From Selaginella moellendorffii (lineage: Eukaryota > Plantae > Lycopodiophyta): 64,000 bases of DNA. Positions 1 through 12,426 of this stretch are shown here, one piece after another. The position numbers and the translations under genes were made by a program. The stretch lies in the NCBI RefSeq assembly GCF_000143415.4, contig NW_003314281.1, positions 2,132,493 through 2,196,492 of the forward strand, read 5' to 3'. Under the pieces are notes generated by a model that made no database searches, had not been told where the DNA came from, and saw only the letters and a list, made by a program, of their open reading frames with translations. Each line of letters opens with the position of its first letter. Positions within the stretch are counted from its first letter, which is position 1.

Positions 1-109
1 ACCACATCTTGAATGGTCCAAATCTCCGCAGCTTCGTCGGCACCATCGTCGGCACCACCATCGATGATAGGATTCCAGCGTTCAGCTTGGTCGGCCATCG
101 CAACCAATT

Positions 110-500
110 CTCTGATACCAATGTTATGATCCGGCGCAAAAAGACAAAGATCTCGTTGCCCTAGACTATGCTACGCCACCTCTTGAGGTTCCTCACCACC
201 CAACCACCCCCGAGCTACCTCAAAAGCTCCACTGCGCCGCCGCTCCACTGTGAGCCCTAGGGTAGGTTAAGTCCTTTACCCTAACATGCCTTAATATACC
301 CTTGAGCCTCCCTTTGACCGACGTTGACCACGTAGTCAAAGCTGGCGCCTAACAGGGCATGACAAGCAGGTGGACGTATCTCCAGCAATAGCTGGCTAGG
401 CATTATGCTGATATATCTCTTCCTTTGACGAGCCTTTTGAAAACGAACATTCCTTTTGTGTGGACCCTTGAGTGCCAAGCTTCCTTTATATAGCTGAAGC
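110..500 (-). mobile_element. LTR retrotransposon primer-binding site (tRNA-iMet) and adjacent 5' LTR fragment
   Basis: ctctgatacca at 110-120 is the reverse complement of the PBS TGGTATCAGAG; it is followed by an LTR-type boundary (tgttatgat at 122) and a minus-strand TATA-like ctatataaag near 484-493. Distal LTR boundary not resolved. Confidence 0.6.
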
Positions 501-1760
501 GAGCCTTGACAACTGCTCCAATTCTTAAGCCACTAGACTGGAATTTGAAATTCCATGTTCAAGTTGACACTTCAGCTTTTGCTATTGGTGCTATTTTATG
601 CCTGCCAGTTAATGGTTGGGATCATCCCATCTTTTATTTGAGTAGTTAGTTATCTCTGGCTGAAAAGAATTATACAGCTAGTGAATGTGAGGGCTTGGGA
701 ATGGTGTTTGCTGTTACCAAATATTGTGACTATCTGCTGGGAAAGCCATTCCTCTTCTATCTAGATCACTAGGCACTGCACTATATCAATAAGCTTTGTC
801 AACATGGCCGAATCACTCACTAGTTGCTTTTGCTTCAAGAGTTCAAATTTGAGATCGTGTTGAAGCCTGGAAAATCTCATGTGATTCCTGATCATCTTTC
901 ACGATTACCAGGAGAACCTGCCATGGAAGGAGATTATGATGAGCTGCTCGATGCTCCTCTTTTCTTGTTGGAGGCAAGCATTTTTCTATGGGAATTCCAG
1001 ATGTGCTCTCAACTCGACCAGAAGCAGAGAACTACCAGGTTGTAGCTGTTCTAGAGTGGTATCAGGGTATCACAGAATTTCTGCTGCTGGCAGATTTCCC
1101 GATATGCTGAAGGTGGCATAGAAGAGGCTTCTTTACCAGTCACGACCTTTCACCTTGATTGCTGGCCGGCTTTATAAGGAAGGAAGAGGGTGTTCTGAGG
1201 CATTGCATTCTTCCTCATGAGGTGCAGTAGGTGATTGGCTCTTGCCATGATTCCCCCTATGGTGGGCATTAGCAACTATATAGCTTGTGCTCAAAACTGA
1301 TTATTGGTGGCCAACACTCCAGCAAGATGTAGTGAAGTTTGTGAGAAGTTGTGACCCATGCTAGCATGTTGGACGTCCTACTTGGTGAGATGCAATGCTG
1401 TTACATCCAATTACTCCAGCTCTACTTTTTGAGAAGTGGAGAATCAACTTCAATTGCCAGAATCATTATATCTTTGTCTGCACAGATCATGTGACCAAGT
1501 GGGTGGAAGTTGAGGCTTTTACCAAGGACACAATCGAGAAGGTGGCAGGATTCTCTACAAGAACATCGTCACAGGCTTCAGCTGCCTGCTTGAGCTTGTG
1601 AGTGATCAAGGTATGCATTTTATTAATGCAATCATTGTATCTCTTACAGTGAAGTATGGCATTTCCCATCAGCACTCGATGCCATATCATCCTCGAGCAA
1701 ATGGCAAAGTTGAGAGAACAAATAAGACACTATGCAACACCATGACCAAGCTTGAAGGTG
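500..1760 (+). pseudogene. Degenerate Ty3/gypsy pol fragment (RNase H and integrase)
   Basis: Translated pieces FHVQVDTSAFAIGA, LLQEFKFEIVLKPGKSHVIPDHLSRL, CTDHVTKWVEVEA, SDQGMHF, PYHPRANGKVERTNKTL; many stops and frameshifts. Confidence 0.9.
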
Positions 1761-4489
1761 AATCTTTCCCACAATACTAATATAGGAGGAGGTATAAAAG
1801 GAATCAACATGTGAATGATAAGGTAAAATAAAGTTAATTGCATCCTTACATGAAATGAAAAGCTTGTTTTATATCAAATATTTATGAAAGTGTCAAATGT
1901 CAATGACAATATCAAATGTTAGTAATTGTAAATTATCATTCTCATCTATCACCATCACTTTGTAGCACTTGTGTGTTGCCATCTCCTCCTTCAACATCTT
2001 GTAAACAATTGTATATGATATAATAGCACCGTCTAGAACAAAGTATGTTATTTACAACTAATATCATTTTATTATATATTTTTTTCTTTTAAAAGAGACA
2101 ATACTATAGTATAGTAAAGTCATTTTAGATTTTATATTCCACTATAGAGTGGCCTAAAAACTCCATATTTTGTACTAGCTAATGCAGTGTTTCCTAAAGG
2201 GATGTTGTTCCTCACCATGAAGTGATAGTGGGTATGTGTCTATAACTTGTTCTTCAATCTATTTTACATCCACATCTGCATATTTTCCAGACCCACCTTT
2301 GAGCAATTGCTACAATGCTCAAGAAAATTTTGTAAACCCATGGAGCTATTTGTCTTGTCTAAAAAAAAGTAGCATATTAGATATTGAATATAATAGCATT
2401 TTGTGCTTTTAAGTAGTCCTGCCATGTTAGGAGCAAAATCTTGCAAAAATATGTAGCATTGCTCTTGAAGCACTAAAGGCAATCCTTCTCTAGTAACAAA
2501 ATCTAAAATTTCAAATATAGAGAGCTTTAGTTTAGCTTCACTAAAGCCCCTAGCAAAAAGAGGATTTTTATATGGAAATGAAGGTGGAATGTTGGTAAAA
2601 TTTGTGATATGAAATGCTGGGGGGCCAAGTACAAGTAATAGTGACTTTCCTTCAAGCCATTTTTATACAAACTTCCAAAGATCTCAAGGAAAATAAAAAA
2701 ATTACAATAACTTTAATTTTTCTTGGTAATTTATATACTAAGTTTTAGTATAGGGAATGAGGTTTATTTATTATGACACTGACAGTATTTAGATTCTTGA
2801 AATGTCAATTTTGGAAATGAGGCTTTATAATCATAACTTTTTTGTAAACATAAGAGCTTCTAGAATTTTATATTATTGTGTTTAGACATGCTTTATCATT
2901 CTAATAAAAGCCTACTTTGCTATGCATATTTTTTTCTACATATAGCAATTTTCTAGGGAAATAGACTGCAAGGAAATATAGATCATATTATAGTGGCAAA
3001 GCACATTGGCACACTGGCACATTGCCACTTTCTTGTATAAAATTACCTTTCAATCTTGCAAATGTAGATACAGTTTATTCTTTGATATGATATTACTTTT
3101 GAGTCTTTCGAAAGATTTTGATTTCTTTTATTATTATTCACAAATAACTCCTAAAAACTCTTATTGGGAATTTACCACAAAAATATACCTTGGTCTTTTC
3201 ATATGGGAGGATTGCAATAAAGACAGGCAATAGAGTTTTTTATATGAATTAGAATATAAATTACAAATATCATGAAAAGTTTTATGGAGTAGATTTCTTG
3301 GTGCTTTCTGCCGTATTATTCATTTTTTCATTTCTTTTTCTTTAGACTGTTTTTCAGAAGTAATATGAGCATTTTTATCAATAGTGATTGTCATATGAGA
3401 AAGTTGACTCTCTTTGCATTTTTCCCTTGTTTTTTCAGAGATTTGTGTGGTTTGTGAGTGGAGGAAGTGCAAAAAGAAGTGAAGTAGTGTGCTAGAGCCC
3501 CAAAGGGGAAATGCAGCCGAAGTTGGTGAAGTTTAAGTGGTTTTGGAGCCGAGAATTTCTCGGCAATTATCTTGCATGCAGTGAAGAGTTGAGAGATGAA
3601 AATTTCAGGAAGGTTGAAGAGCTCAGTGAGGGCTTTCCAACGAGCCTAAGAGCAAAAATATTGGACGTGTGAATTAGAAGATATTTTTAGTTGAAGTTGT
3701 AAGAGTGAAGCTTGTGGAGAAGCTTCATCAGCAAAACTTTAAGTGTATAAAGATGGAATATTCCATGTAGGAATATTCTGAGCATAGCCAAGGAATATTC
3801 TGGGAGGTTCCAGAGGGGATATCCTAGAATCTTCCCAAGTGTTTAGGGGTCACAGGGGCAGTTATTAAGGAGTGGAACAAGTGCATGGAAATGGTGCAAT
3901 AGCATGGAGTCTCTCGATATCATTTGCATGCAGATTGTATCACCTCACAGTTCTTTTATTTTCCTTGCTTCCCATTTTCTTAAAATGAAAAATCTTTTGA
4001 ATGAAAGAATAGTATGTAATTATATGATAGCTGTCAAAGTAGTCAAAAAATGAAGTAGTCAAATCAAAATATGACAGCTGTAACAATAGTTATAGTAAAA
4101 TAATATAGCTTTACAAAAGATAGGTTCTTATGAACTTTGTCTTTTTCAAATGACTCAATTTAGTAGATCAGTCAAGCAATCAAGATTCTAAAGGTTAGAT
4201 TTTAGGGTTCCTTCCTCTTCTAAACCCTAGCTCTTCTCTACGGTTTTGGATTTTGAATGTAAGTCTTCCATTGGCTCTCATAATGTTACCAAAGTTCCAA
4301 GGAGATGGCTAAGAAGATGCTCAAGTCCATATTGACCAAACAAAGAGTTTTCAACACAAATCCTTTGCCTCAAGCACAATATTTCCTCATCACATAAGCA
4401 TGGACTGAATTCTTTGTGTTGGGTGGTGGTGCATCCTCTTCACAACAACACCAAGCTTAGCAGGATATGAAGGGGAAGCATGTAGATGC

Positions 4490-6219
4490 TGTAAACGACT
4501 AAATTTTCCATTCTACTTTAGTCACTTAACCACACCTCCGACCACTTGGAGGAGTCTCATTCACAACCTCCATAAGTCCAATCCAGGACTTGGGACTTGC
4601 TAGCCCCGAGAATGGCATCCATGCCACTCAACATTTGCACTTGGTCCAAGTGCTCCACGTGTCCGATCCCATGACCGACACTCAAAGGTACCACCGACAT
4701 AGCAGCCCGTTACGCTAAGGCCATGCCCAATCACCTTTGCCACACTGGTAGTCCACTACCACTTGCATCACAGTCTTGGCTCTCCAAGACTAGGCAAACC
4801 ATCCGTGAGTGGTCATCTCAGATCCACTCCTTAGCATCCTTAGGATGCCCACCGACAAGGGGAATAGCCTTCCCCAATATCCCTTGGTCACTACCCCAGA
4901 GGACTGCGCCTCTTACTCTCCACAGTCTGGGCCTTTGGGACAACATTTCGGAACACCGTGGCCTTACGCAAGCCACCTGGGTACTCTCCTCGCCTTTCGT
5001 CTTTAGGTGCTCTAGCCATGGGCTTAGAGCGAGGTTCCGTTGAGCCACGACAGGTATCCAAGTAGGTAGTGCCACCCACACTTGGACTGGGAGCATCGGC
5101 CAGTCGATCTCCCGGGGGAACTAGAGCCGGCTCTTGAACACTTCACCAAGTTACCCCACTTGTCGGTCTGTGTTCACTCTAGTCTTGGACTTCCCAGTGG
5201 GCAGCTCCTCACCCAACACTGGGTCCGGCCTTCCTGGGCCAAACTGGCCTTTCCTGGCCAAACTGGCTCCACTGCAGTCCTCCCCCTACTATACTTTTGG
5301 AGCTCACCAAACCCCCCAGGGTCTGGGAGACGAACGCTTTGGGCTTTCACCCTCTCAGGCTCCGGACTCGGACTCGGACTCGGACTCGGACTCGGACTCG
5401 GACTCGGACTCGGACTCGGACTCGGACTCGGGCTCGGGCTCGGTCTCGGCCTCGGCCTCGGTCTCGGTCTTGGTCCCGATCTCGGTCTCGGTCTCGGTCT
5501 CGGTCTCAGTCCCGGTCTCGGTCTCGACTTCGGACTCCATCTCGGACTCCATCTCGGACTCCATCTCGGGTCCATCTCGGACTCCATTTCGGGTCCATCT
5601 CGGGTCCACCTCGGACTCCATCTCGGACTCCATCTCGGACTCCATCTCGGGTCCATCTCGGACTCCACTTCGGACTCCATCTCGGGTCCACCTCGGGTCC
5701 ACCTCGGATCCACCTCGGACTCCACCTCGGGTCCATCTCGGACTCCACTTCAGACTCCAACTCGGGTCCATCTCGGACTCCACTTCGGACTCCAACTCGG
5801 GTCCATCTCGGACTCCACTTCGGACTCCAACTCGGGTCCATCTCGGACTCCACTTCGGACTCCAACTCGGGTCCATCTCGGACTCCACTTCGGACTCCAA
5901 CTCGGGTCCATCTCGGACTCCACTTCGGACTCCAACTCGGGTCCATCTCGGACTCCACTTCGGACTCCAACTCGAGTCCATCTCGGACACTTCCACGTGT
6001 CATGTGTTGGTCCTTTTGGGTCCCTTTTTGGAGCCTCGCTTTTTACTCGCTTCGTGCTCGTTCCTCGAACACTTCGTTGGGAGTTCCACTCCCGCTCTTG
6101 ACTTTTCAAGTCGGAGCTTTTGGTCCAAACGTGTTACGCTCGTTTGGCTCTCGCTTCGGCCACTACCATGTGGCGCCCTTCCAGCTCCACTTTGGGGCCT
6201 AGGGATTTTGTGTCTCACA
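4490..6219. mobile_element. Solo LTR (1730 bp) inserted in the left TIR of transposon copy 1
   Basis: TG...CA termini (tgtaaac...tctcaca) flanked by 5-bp TSD gatgc at 4485-4489 and 6220-6224; related opposite-orientation copies start at 24454 and 25527. Confidence 0.9.
5364..5987. repeat. Compound micro/minisatellite inside the solo LTR: (GGACTC)n, then ~12-mer GGACTCCATCTC, then 35-mer CTCGGGTCCATCTCGGACTCCACTTCGGACTCCAA
   Basis: About 11 hexamers at 5364-5429; 35-bp period visible at 5761, 5796, 5831, 5866, 5901, 5936. Confidence 0.95.
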
Positions 6220-6220
6220 G

Positions 6221-6244
6221 ATGCTCTATTTCGTTAAAGTGGGA
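6221..6244 (+). repeat. Left TIR of transposon copy 1
   Basis: atgctctatttcgttaaagtggga; inverse of 20342-20365 with 2 mismatches. Confidence 0.9.
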
Positions 6245-6880
6245 TTTATTCAGTAAAATGGGACTAGGTACAAATTTTCAAGTATTTGAAAATGACGTGA
6301 AATTATATGTTTTTTGTCCAGGGGCTAGACATATCTGGGGCATGGTGACTAGCGCGGTGACTTTGTGTCCAGACTGAGTCCATCTGGTTGTATAATAAAT
6401 CTTATTGTCAAGGTGAACAAGCCGAATTTGAAGCTAAAGAAGAGCGATGGCATGCGCGCACACACTATTTGTTTGTTCATTGAGCATGTGGTGAGCTTTC
6501 CAAGATGAACATCATTCCTATTAGCCAGACATATAACTTAATGGTGAGAACATTTAGATATTATTCAATGTTATCTTTTTCTAACGAATCTAATTGTGAA
6601 GGTGTAGCAAGAGGCATTGCTAGTCTGGAGAAGTCATTTAACTCATTTGACCCTTAGTGTATTTTCATAAAACTAAATAACATTCATATTATTAAGGAAT
6701 TTCTCTAGTACTTTTTTTTTATGACATAGAGGCTTGCATTTCTTTCAAAGGTGATTTAGTAAAAGGCCTGAGGGCACATGCCATTCTATTTCTCAGACCG
6801 GTATTAAGATATACTAGTGCAAAGGGAAAAAGGTATTTGGTGATCAAGTAAATGGCATGAGGGCACACGCCATTATAAGC

Positions 6881-7153
6881 CTAAGCGCTAGTGGACACCT
6901 CCTTTTTGGTACTCTCAGCGGTACTATCATCCTTCTCCGGGTCAGTTGTTTTGCTTTGGATTGTTGTCTCTGACGTTACTGGGGCGTTCTCGATAGTTGT
7001 TAATGTTGCCGTTTGTTCAGAAAAATTATCACCTGGAGTATAATACGGGGAGTTTGGAAGACTTATATATTCTACATCTTCACCTATCTCCTTCTCCGTC
7101 TCCTTTTTAGCCTCACTTACAGATTTTGTGCTTGCCATGAGAACGCTCTTCAC
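6881..7153 (-). CDS. Small S/T/E-rich ORF of unknown function inside the transposon (also at 30460-30819)
   Basis: Frame open in both copies; no recognisable domain; conservation may only reflect the recent duplication. Confidence 0.25.
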   Translation of the reverse strand: MKSVLMASTKSVSEAKKETEKEIGEDVEYISLPNSPYYTPGDNFSEQTATLTTIENAPVTSETTIQSKTTDPEKDDSTAESTKKEVSTSA

Positions 7154-7840
7154 CCTAAAATATGGAGTTCGTTATGTTATAAAAGGAAACCAACACACAC
7201 GCTGCAAGGGAATGATGGTACATAAAGCACGTAAGCCCACAATATGGGTTTATGTGCCATTAATATGGGCCACACGCCATATTATTAAATTTATGCACGT
7301 GTGATTGGTAAATGCCATCTTTGTTTTACCTCACACACTATATCAGGCCTAATGAACCATATCACATGTGCGCACATGCTATATATATGGAGAAGTATTA
7401 TGCAAGGATAGAAAAATTCAATGCATGATTGTGGAGAGCAATGGCATGAAGCCACATGCTAAATAACATTTTAGAGAAAGAATTAAAATAAAAACATGCA
7501 AACAATACTGAGTGGACCAAGACTTAGAAGTGCACAATTGAATGAGGTATTTCTAATAAATATTTCACTCACCTCATATAGGAATGGCTACCACTCTCAA
7601 ATGGCGTATCGCCTCATGCCATCACCTCGCAATTTGTTATAACAATCCGATGAATTCATATTCGGCTTGTTCACCTTGAACTTTAAGTAAGATTTGCTAG
7701 AACAACTAAGAATTTATACTTGTTATTTGTATCATCTCACCTAGGAATGGCGTAAGGCCACATGCCATCACGCCTCCTCTGATTCAGATTCAAATTGTTC
7801 ACCTTGAAATAAAATACATTAGAAACTTAGTAAAGGAATA

Positions 7841-10800
7841 TTAATGAATCTCACCTTGAACCCGGGTTATGAATGCTCTTGCTGCATCTCTTGCATGGTC
7901 TGGCAAGGTGATGGTGGCACTCTGCTTCCACATCCAACCATGCACAACATTATCCACCGATATGCTCATGCTGGGATCCCTTGGATTCAGCACCCATCTC
8001 TTTTCTAGGCAATCCTTCGTATATCCGGAACTTGGCTTGAACCACTCCACAGTTACATTGAAGGAGTTAGTTTTCGCGTCCTCCTCTGCATCAGTGATGC
8101 AGCACCCCACCCATATCATTTGTTTTTTATTATTGGGTCTGACAAGCACGACCATTCCTTTGCAGACCTGTACTGGATTGAATGCTGAATCCGGCTTCTT
8201 GTTCCTCGGCCCACAATAGTGATCCTCAACATCGTTATCTATCACTGCATTTCCAGAGGACATTGTTCCGCTACTATCTGGTGCTCTGGGTTCTGGCCAA
8301 AAGGACTCTTCCAATTCTTCATATACAACCGGCCCATTTTGGATAGCAGATATAATCTTCTCCCAGTATTCGAGCAAAGGCTTGCACCTCTAAAAATAGG
8401 ATTCTCCACCAAACACCAACCCCCTCTTCCAGAAGGCAATATGCTGTCTAATCCTGGCCACTATACTTTCCTGGTCTTTGAGTCCATCCGGGTGCATCGG
8501 CCGTGGAGAACCCTGAGGAATCATAGGTTCCCTAGTTATGGGATCTCTCTTGAAGAGTTCAATGCTGTCCACTGGCAGCCACACTGTGTCCCATTCTCTC
8601 ATCTTGTACCTCATCACTGGAGCACCGTCACGCATGCTGAAATGAAACTGAAGAGGCTTGGAGTGGCCAATCAGCGTTTCGGATCCGTCCTTGATGTAGC
8701 CTCTTACAAACCCCTTAAAGTCTGGAACCTCTGTCACAAGTGCAGCTTCAATAGTGCCTTTGATGCAATTTTGGAATTCATCGTAGAGTTGTGGGAGGGT
8801 GAGGACATTGGATCGCCGGAGGGACTCTGCTAGGTGACTGAACATGGCATCGACGTCTTCATGAGTGTGCCCAACCATGAGAAAGCCAAGTGTAACCGTT
8901 TCAAATATGCCTTTGGCAACAAGCATCACCAAGTACATGAAGACGTACATGTTTTTGTTCTCACTGCCAGCATTGTCTGTTTGGAGCAGAAGATGGGGTG
9001 GAAGGCCACATCAGCCGCAAGAACTTCCTTAAGATTCTGCTTCGTTTGGATGAGGCTGTGCATTCACCGGGCGACCAGCCTTGTCAGAATGGCATGAGGC
9101 CTCACGTGATAACCTTACAATCTGACGGCCAACATATTCACTGGGATGGCATGGGGCCCCATGCGATACTGCAAGCCTTTGCTCCTCCTCCAGCTGAACC
9201 CTGTATGGGGTTCGATCGACAAGGGCCTTATGCAAGGGTTGGCCGTTCAGCTCAGTTTGCGCACTTTGCAGAGACCTTAAGTGTTTTGCTAGGGACGCAA
9301 TCATCATGTTTGCACCCCTGCCACCCCATAGAGGTACAAAGAAGTTCCCATAGTTCTGGGCACCATGCCCATGAGCGATTATGCCAAACAGAGACACAGG
9401 CAGCTGCATGGATGAAGAGATTGCCTTGGGGGCAGGATTGAGTCGAGGTAAGCACGTCTTTTTCTGGTCCATTTTGTCGTGGATGATGCAGAGGTAAGAG
9501 TCAGGTCTCTCCATGGAGAGAATCCTGTTATGATAATATGCAGTCCTGCAGCTTCTCTGCTCGATGTTGTGGTCGAGCCGCCTTCTAACCAACGTCTCTC
9601 GCTCTTGAGCGATGCAAGAATTCTTCGACAAAGCCATTTTGATAGCAGTGCACTCGTCACACTTTGAAAAGCTGGAGTACTTTCCTATACTCACATCCCT
9701 GAACCTGTTGCTCCACAATCTACTAAATCTAGATTGGCTCAGCTTCCTGTAGCCATTACTCTAGAGTTCCCGATTCGCATCTTCCAATATGGCCCCCTTG
9801 GTATACATGGAAGGGAGAACTCGTTGGGTGTCTCGTGTTCCATCTTCCAAGAGGCGGGTTTTATGTGGTTGCTGCTCGCTACATGTCTCGACAAACCTCT
9901 TGAAGATTGCCTCTCCATATACAACATGACCCCTGGTTTTGTGAGTACCGTCGTTCCCATGGACTGCCTGTTGAACCCTTTGTTCCTCGAACTCAGTTTT
10001 GATTCTGTAGAATGTGCTTCGAGGGACTCCATAAATGATTCTCCATGCCTTCATGCAAACCAAACCCCTCTGGAAGACCATGCCCCCCAACTGATGTTCT
10101 GAAGCATCAACAGATGACTGTAATGCCTCATACACAAAATTGCGAGCTGCCTTCCAGGACAATGTCTTGTATCTTGCTCTCTCCTCTTCAATAGCATCCC
10201 AATCAGCATGTTGACAGCACCTCCTCTTGCAACAAGCAACTGTCGAGACCATTCGAACCTCCATCGCCATTTTCTGCCTTTTCGGTTCGTTGCTTAGATC
10301 CCTTTGGCTGCGCTTTAGGAAGGTGTACTTTCTTTTCCCATGAAGAGATGTTCTGCCATCAGTTGTAGTGGTGTTTGATTGTGAATCCTTCACATTCTCA
10401 AACACTAAGTGCCTCAATTTCCACCGCACAATACTTCCAATAGTCAGACTGTTTTCTTCTGTGTCAACAACCTCTAAAATCGCAACTCCAATATCATCCC
10501 AGCCCAATTCTTGATTAGCAACCGCATCTCTTGGATCGACAACTGTGGCTAAGCCCTCAACTACCACCTCCCCCTCGGGGTTGTTTAGAAACACCTTTGC
10601 CTAAATCCATGTAGCACGGTTCTTAAGATCCACGGAGGGAACATGCGTCGCACTTGCGCTGTCCCCAACATCTGCTTTCTTCTGAAGATTTTTCAAGGCA
10701 ACAACAACATTTACCCGGACGACCATCTCTCCTCGTTCAATAGCGACCACATTCCCATCGAAGACAGTCTCTACTGATACAGCAGCATTGCCTTCCCCAA

Positions 10801-10909
10801 GCCTTTCACAGTGTATAACAAAGTTCCGATCCATAGACACAAGGGTCCCTTTTGCAACTCTCTTCCCACCATTCAAAATGTAAACCTTTTCCCCAACCCT
10901 GAAGGCCAT
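7841..10909 (-). pseudogene. Sola-like DDD transposase, copy 1, four in-frame stops
   Basis: Same frame and sequence as 31050-34118; stops at 10601-10603, 9761-9763, 9029-9031 and 8390-8392. Confidence 0.88.
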
Positions 10910-11097
10910 TCTGAAAGTGCAGTAAAGAAGTTAAGACCATACAAAAAATGATTGGAGAATGGCCTAAATCATAACATACCAAACAACCTCAATAGCATGA
11001 GGCCACATGCCATTATTCAAACATGCTATTGACACCCACGTGAAATTTCGCATTCACAAAATTGGCATGAGCCCTCATGCCATTAGTGGTACCACTA

Positions 11098-11289
11098 ATG
11101 GCATGAGGCCTCACGCTATCTTTGACCCCTGCTAGCCTGTTGCTATATTCCTTTTGCCTTGCTGCAACTGTATATATTTTTGTGTGCGTGACTAGTCACC
11201 CATACAAAAATATATACAATTGCAGCAAGGCAAAAGGAATATGGCAATAGGCTAGCAGGGGCCAAAGATTGCATGAGGCCTCATGCCAT
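11098..11289. repeat. ~190-bp imperfect hairpin bounded by two copies of the 22-bp palindrome
   Basis: tttgacccctgctagcctgttgctatattccttttgccttgctgcaac...gtgactagtcac...ttgcagcaaggcaaaaggaatatggcaataggctagcaggggccaaa. Confidence 0.85.
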
Positions 11290-12399
11290 CTTGATATACA
11301 CACAGCTGCAGGTAAGTAAAAACATACATGACAATACGCTAGCCATGAAATTGCAAGGGCCCAAGATGGCATGTGGCCTCATGCCATTTCTAAATGTGGT
11401 CCTAAGCCATTCCATGGTGAACATACCAGGAAGCACAAGTGCCGAATATCAAGAGGAAGCGGTAGCCACACCAAAGACAGTGCCGCTCGCAACACCGCAA
11501 CTACTCGTAGCGCCGCTCGCAACACCGCAACTGCTCGTAGCGCCGCTCGCACAAACTGCCACTCGCATAAACTGCCGCTCGCAATGGCGCTCGCAATGCC
11601 GCAACCGCTCGTAGACGCATAAACCACAGCTCACAACGCCGCTTACACAAGCAGCGCTCACTGCGCTCAGTGGAACCAAGAACATGGCGCACAAAAATGA
11701 TAGACCTAGGAATGAGTTCGAGAATTCAAAAATAACACACGCTTGAACGTCACATCAAATCCTCTGACAAACCAGATCTTATGATTCCTTTGACAAATTT
11801 TAAACTGAGTAGCTTCTAGACTTTGCTGTCGGAGGTTGAACTTTGTCACATCATCGATCCAGCTGTGCCATGTCAGTGATTTGAACTTTGCCATGCCATG
11901 TCAGCGATCCGCGCCAAGATTATTCGCCATGTAAAGGAATAATTATGTTGTGTGTGTACGTCCATTTATGGCAATATAAGGCCACACGCCATTCAAAGAA
12001 TAATGCTAGTTGAGCATTTTTTGGTGCATTTTTGGGTTCAAAATTGCATGAGCCCACACGCTATAAAGTTTACCTGTACCAAAAATAGAAACAGCTTTAT
12101 TTACTTGGGAATTTAAGTGGTTGAGGCATTTTTAAACTTACAAACACATGCCCTACTTACATTCCTTTGGTTGCTTAAAATTCAATAATATTATAAACCC
12201 TTCTTTTTGCATTTTCAATGTTTTCAATTATGGTTTTTGATTTTCGCAGGACCAGCCTAGTAATCTATTTGCATCCCGTCATGTTTATAGCTAGCTTTCG
12301 TTTGTCCCCTTCGCTAACCTGAGATACATCTGCTCGGCATCTGCCTCTTACAGCATTTGCCCAGAAAGGGCATCTTTCTTCACGTAGCATTTGCCACAT

Positions 12400-12426
12400 G
12401 TTTAGGGTTTAGGGTTTAGGGTTTAG
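12400..12426 (+). repeat. Interstitial plant telomeric repeat (TTTAGGG)3; also at 13260-13278 and 35690-35722
   Basis: tttagggtttagggtttagggtttag, in the region between the two transposon genes. Confidence 0.9.

Noticed and set aside
1760-4480. AT-rich stretch as a possible host gene or promoter
   Set aside because: No convincing ORF or exon chain; probably decayed repeats, unclassifiable by eye.
5726-5987. 35-bp repeats resembling a CRISPR array
   Set aside because: Head-to-tail with no unique spacers; eukaryotic context; no cas genes.
5082-6237. Long ORFs in all six frames (GLGLGL, SDSDSD, RTRTRT)
   Set aside because: Products of the stop-free GGACTC-derived satellite within an LTR; not genes.
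12400-12426. Chromosome end or telomere-healing site
   Set aside because: Only 2-4 units, at homologous internal positions in both transposon copies.
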